64,000 nucleotides of DNA from NCBI GenBank assembly GCA_965219085.1, contig OZ244720.1, forward strand, positions 1,376,001-1,440,000, given 5' to 3'. Made by a program: the position numbers and the translations under genes. Shown here one piece after another: positions 62,761-64,000 of the stretch. This stretch comes from Dehalococcoidia bacterium. Lineage in GTDB: Bacteria > Chloroflexota > Dehalococcoidia > UBA2979. Below the pieces are notes generated by a model. The model was not told where the DNA came from and searched no databases. It was given only the letters and a program-made list of their open reading frames with translations. Each line of letters opens with the position of its first letter. Positions within the stretch are counted from its first letter, which is position 1.

Positions 62761-63639
62761 CTACGCCGTCGTCGGGCGGCCCGTGCGCCCGGACCGCGCG
62801 GCGCCTCGACTCGGCTCGGGCTGGCGGCGCAGCCCGGCCCGCCGCGCAAGCACCGCGCCCAGCGCGGGGTAGCCCCGGCGCTGCATCCACACCGCCACGC
62901 CAAGCGCGACCACGCAGACGATGAGCCCCACGACGCCGTCGAAGATGTAGTGGTTACCCGTGCCGACGACGGAGATCACCTGTAGCACGAAGACCGCGAT
63001 CGCCGCCAGCCGCAGGATGAGGTTACGCGTCGAAACGAACACGCCCGCCGCCAGCAGCAGCGCCCACCCCACGTGCAGCGACGGCACCGCCGCGAACGGG
63101 TTCACGAACGGCTGCATCGACTGCGCCTGGTAGGAGAGGTTGTCGTACACCGCGAGCGTGTCGACGAAGCCCCACTCGGGGAGGAAGCGCGGCGGGGCGA
63201 CCGGGTACGCCCAGTAGAGCAGCAGCGCCATCCCGCCCGAGATGAGCATCGCGTCGCGCGTCAGCGTGTAGGCGCGGCGGTGCTTCCAGAACAGCACGAA
63301 CCCGACCACCACGATGAGCGGGAAGTCGAGCCAGAAGTAGACGAAGTTGAGCAGCCGGCTCAGCAGGTCGTAGTCCAGCACCCAGCGCTGGAACGCGGGC
63401 TCCACGAACACGCCGAGGTTGAGCTGCAGGTCGATGATCCAGCGCGCATGCTCGATCGCGTCGGCGGTGCGGTCGACGACGGCGCCGCGCACGAAGAAGT
63501 AGCAGAGGAACGCGAAGACGACGATGAGCAACTCAGAGATGTCCCAGCGCGTGACGCCGATCCGCTCCGGGTTGGTGGAGTAGAAGAGGTAGCGGGCCAG
63601 TCGGCGAGGTATTCGAGACACAGGGCAGCTACGCTCCAT
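62761..63639 (-). CDS. PAP2 / AUR1-like (inositolphosphotransferase-type) membrane protein
   Basis: YPVAPPR, NPFAAVPSLHVGW, TGNHY.FD motifs. Confidence 0.9.
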   Translation of the reverse strand: MERSCPVSRIPRRLARYLFYSTNPERIGVTRWDISELLIVVFAFLCYFFVRGAVVDRTADAIEHARWIIDLQLNLGVFVEPAFQRWVLDYDLLSRLLNFVYFWLDFPLIVVVGFVLFWKHRRAYTLTRDAMLISGGMALLLYWAYPVAPPRFLPEWGFVDTLAVYDNLSYQAQSMQPFVNPFAAVPSLHVGWALLLAAGVFVSTRNLILRLAAIAVFVLQVISVVGTGNHYIFDGVVGLIVCVVALGVAVWMQRRGYPALGAVLARRAGLRRQPEPSRGAARSGRTGRPTTA

Positions 63640-63727
63640 CGCAGCAAGTGCGGCGTCTTGATTGGGTAGATTGTAACGTACGGACCAAGTCAGGTCGGCC
63701 CGGCCGGACGCGCGAAGGAGACAGAGC

Positions 63728-64000
63728 ATGCAGATCGAGGTGACGAGCGGCGAGCTGGCCGACCAGAACGTCGAGACCGTCGTGGTGTCGCTCCCCGAGG
63801 GATCGAGGCGACCGGGCGGCGCCGCGGGCGCACTCAACGCGGCGCTCGGCGGCGCCATCAACGCGATGATCGCCTCGCGCGCGATCCGCCTCAGTGACGG
63901 GGCGCTCACACCGGTTCCCGTAACGGGCGCCATCGGCGCACGGCGCGCATTTGTCCATGGCCTGGGCGCCCGCGACAAGCTCACACTCGGGCGCGCTCGC
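63728..64000 (+). CDS. pepA: Leucyl aminopeptidase N-terminus (3'-truncated by window edge)
   Basis: AAGGAG RBS; M17 N-terminal pattern (L.GAI...GLG...L); catalytic domain lies outside the window. Confidence 0.6.
   Translation, partial: MQIEVTSGELADQNVETVVVSLPEGSRRPGGAAGALNAALGGAINAMIASRAIRLSDGALTPVPVTGAIGARRAFVHGLGARDKLTLGRAR

Overview
GC-rich bacterial chromosomal segment. Gene content and protein style suggest Chloroflexota, probably Dehalococcoidia (inference only). It is mostly housekeeping: pdxS-pdxT, a Ycf45-like AAA/R3H protein, tmk, thiolase, thrB-lysC, dnaE, two convergent MoxR-DUF58 operons (Bat/VWA type and transglutaminase type), hrcA-grpE-dnaK-[fic]-dnaJ-prmA with a perfect CIRCE, an ECF sigma, a LysM/M23 peptidase, rho, fsa/tal, pyrG, an M16 peptidase, purA, dapA/asd/dapB, pnp, rpsO and the 5' end of pepA. 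About ten small, visibly less GC-rich islets sit singly between core genes: (1) a membrane protein convergent with two unannotated ~45-aa microproteins that share a C-terminal motif apparently under purifying selection; (2) a truncated XRE gene; (3) a DUF1640-like gene; (4) a FICD-like Fic-HTH gene between dnaK and dnaJ with an upstream repeat array; (5) a YwgA-like gene plus a SAMHD1-like HD dNTPase; (6) an NYN RNase behind a promoter and hairpin RNA leader; (7) a duplicated mismatch uracil glycosylase; (8) a Panacea/RelE-like TA pair followed by a MITE; (9) a VapBC-like pair; (10) a nonsense-inactivated IS5 followed by a hypothetical gene and a PIN gene. rpsO and grpE appear to lack canonical start codons. 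No rRNA, tRNA or CRISPR array was recognised. All family calls come from motifs read by eye; no searches were run.
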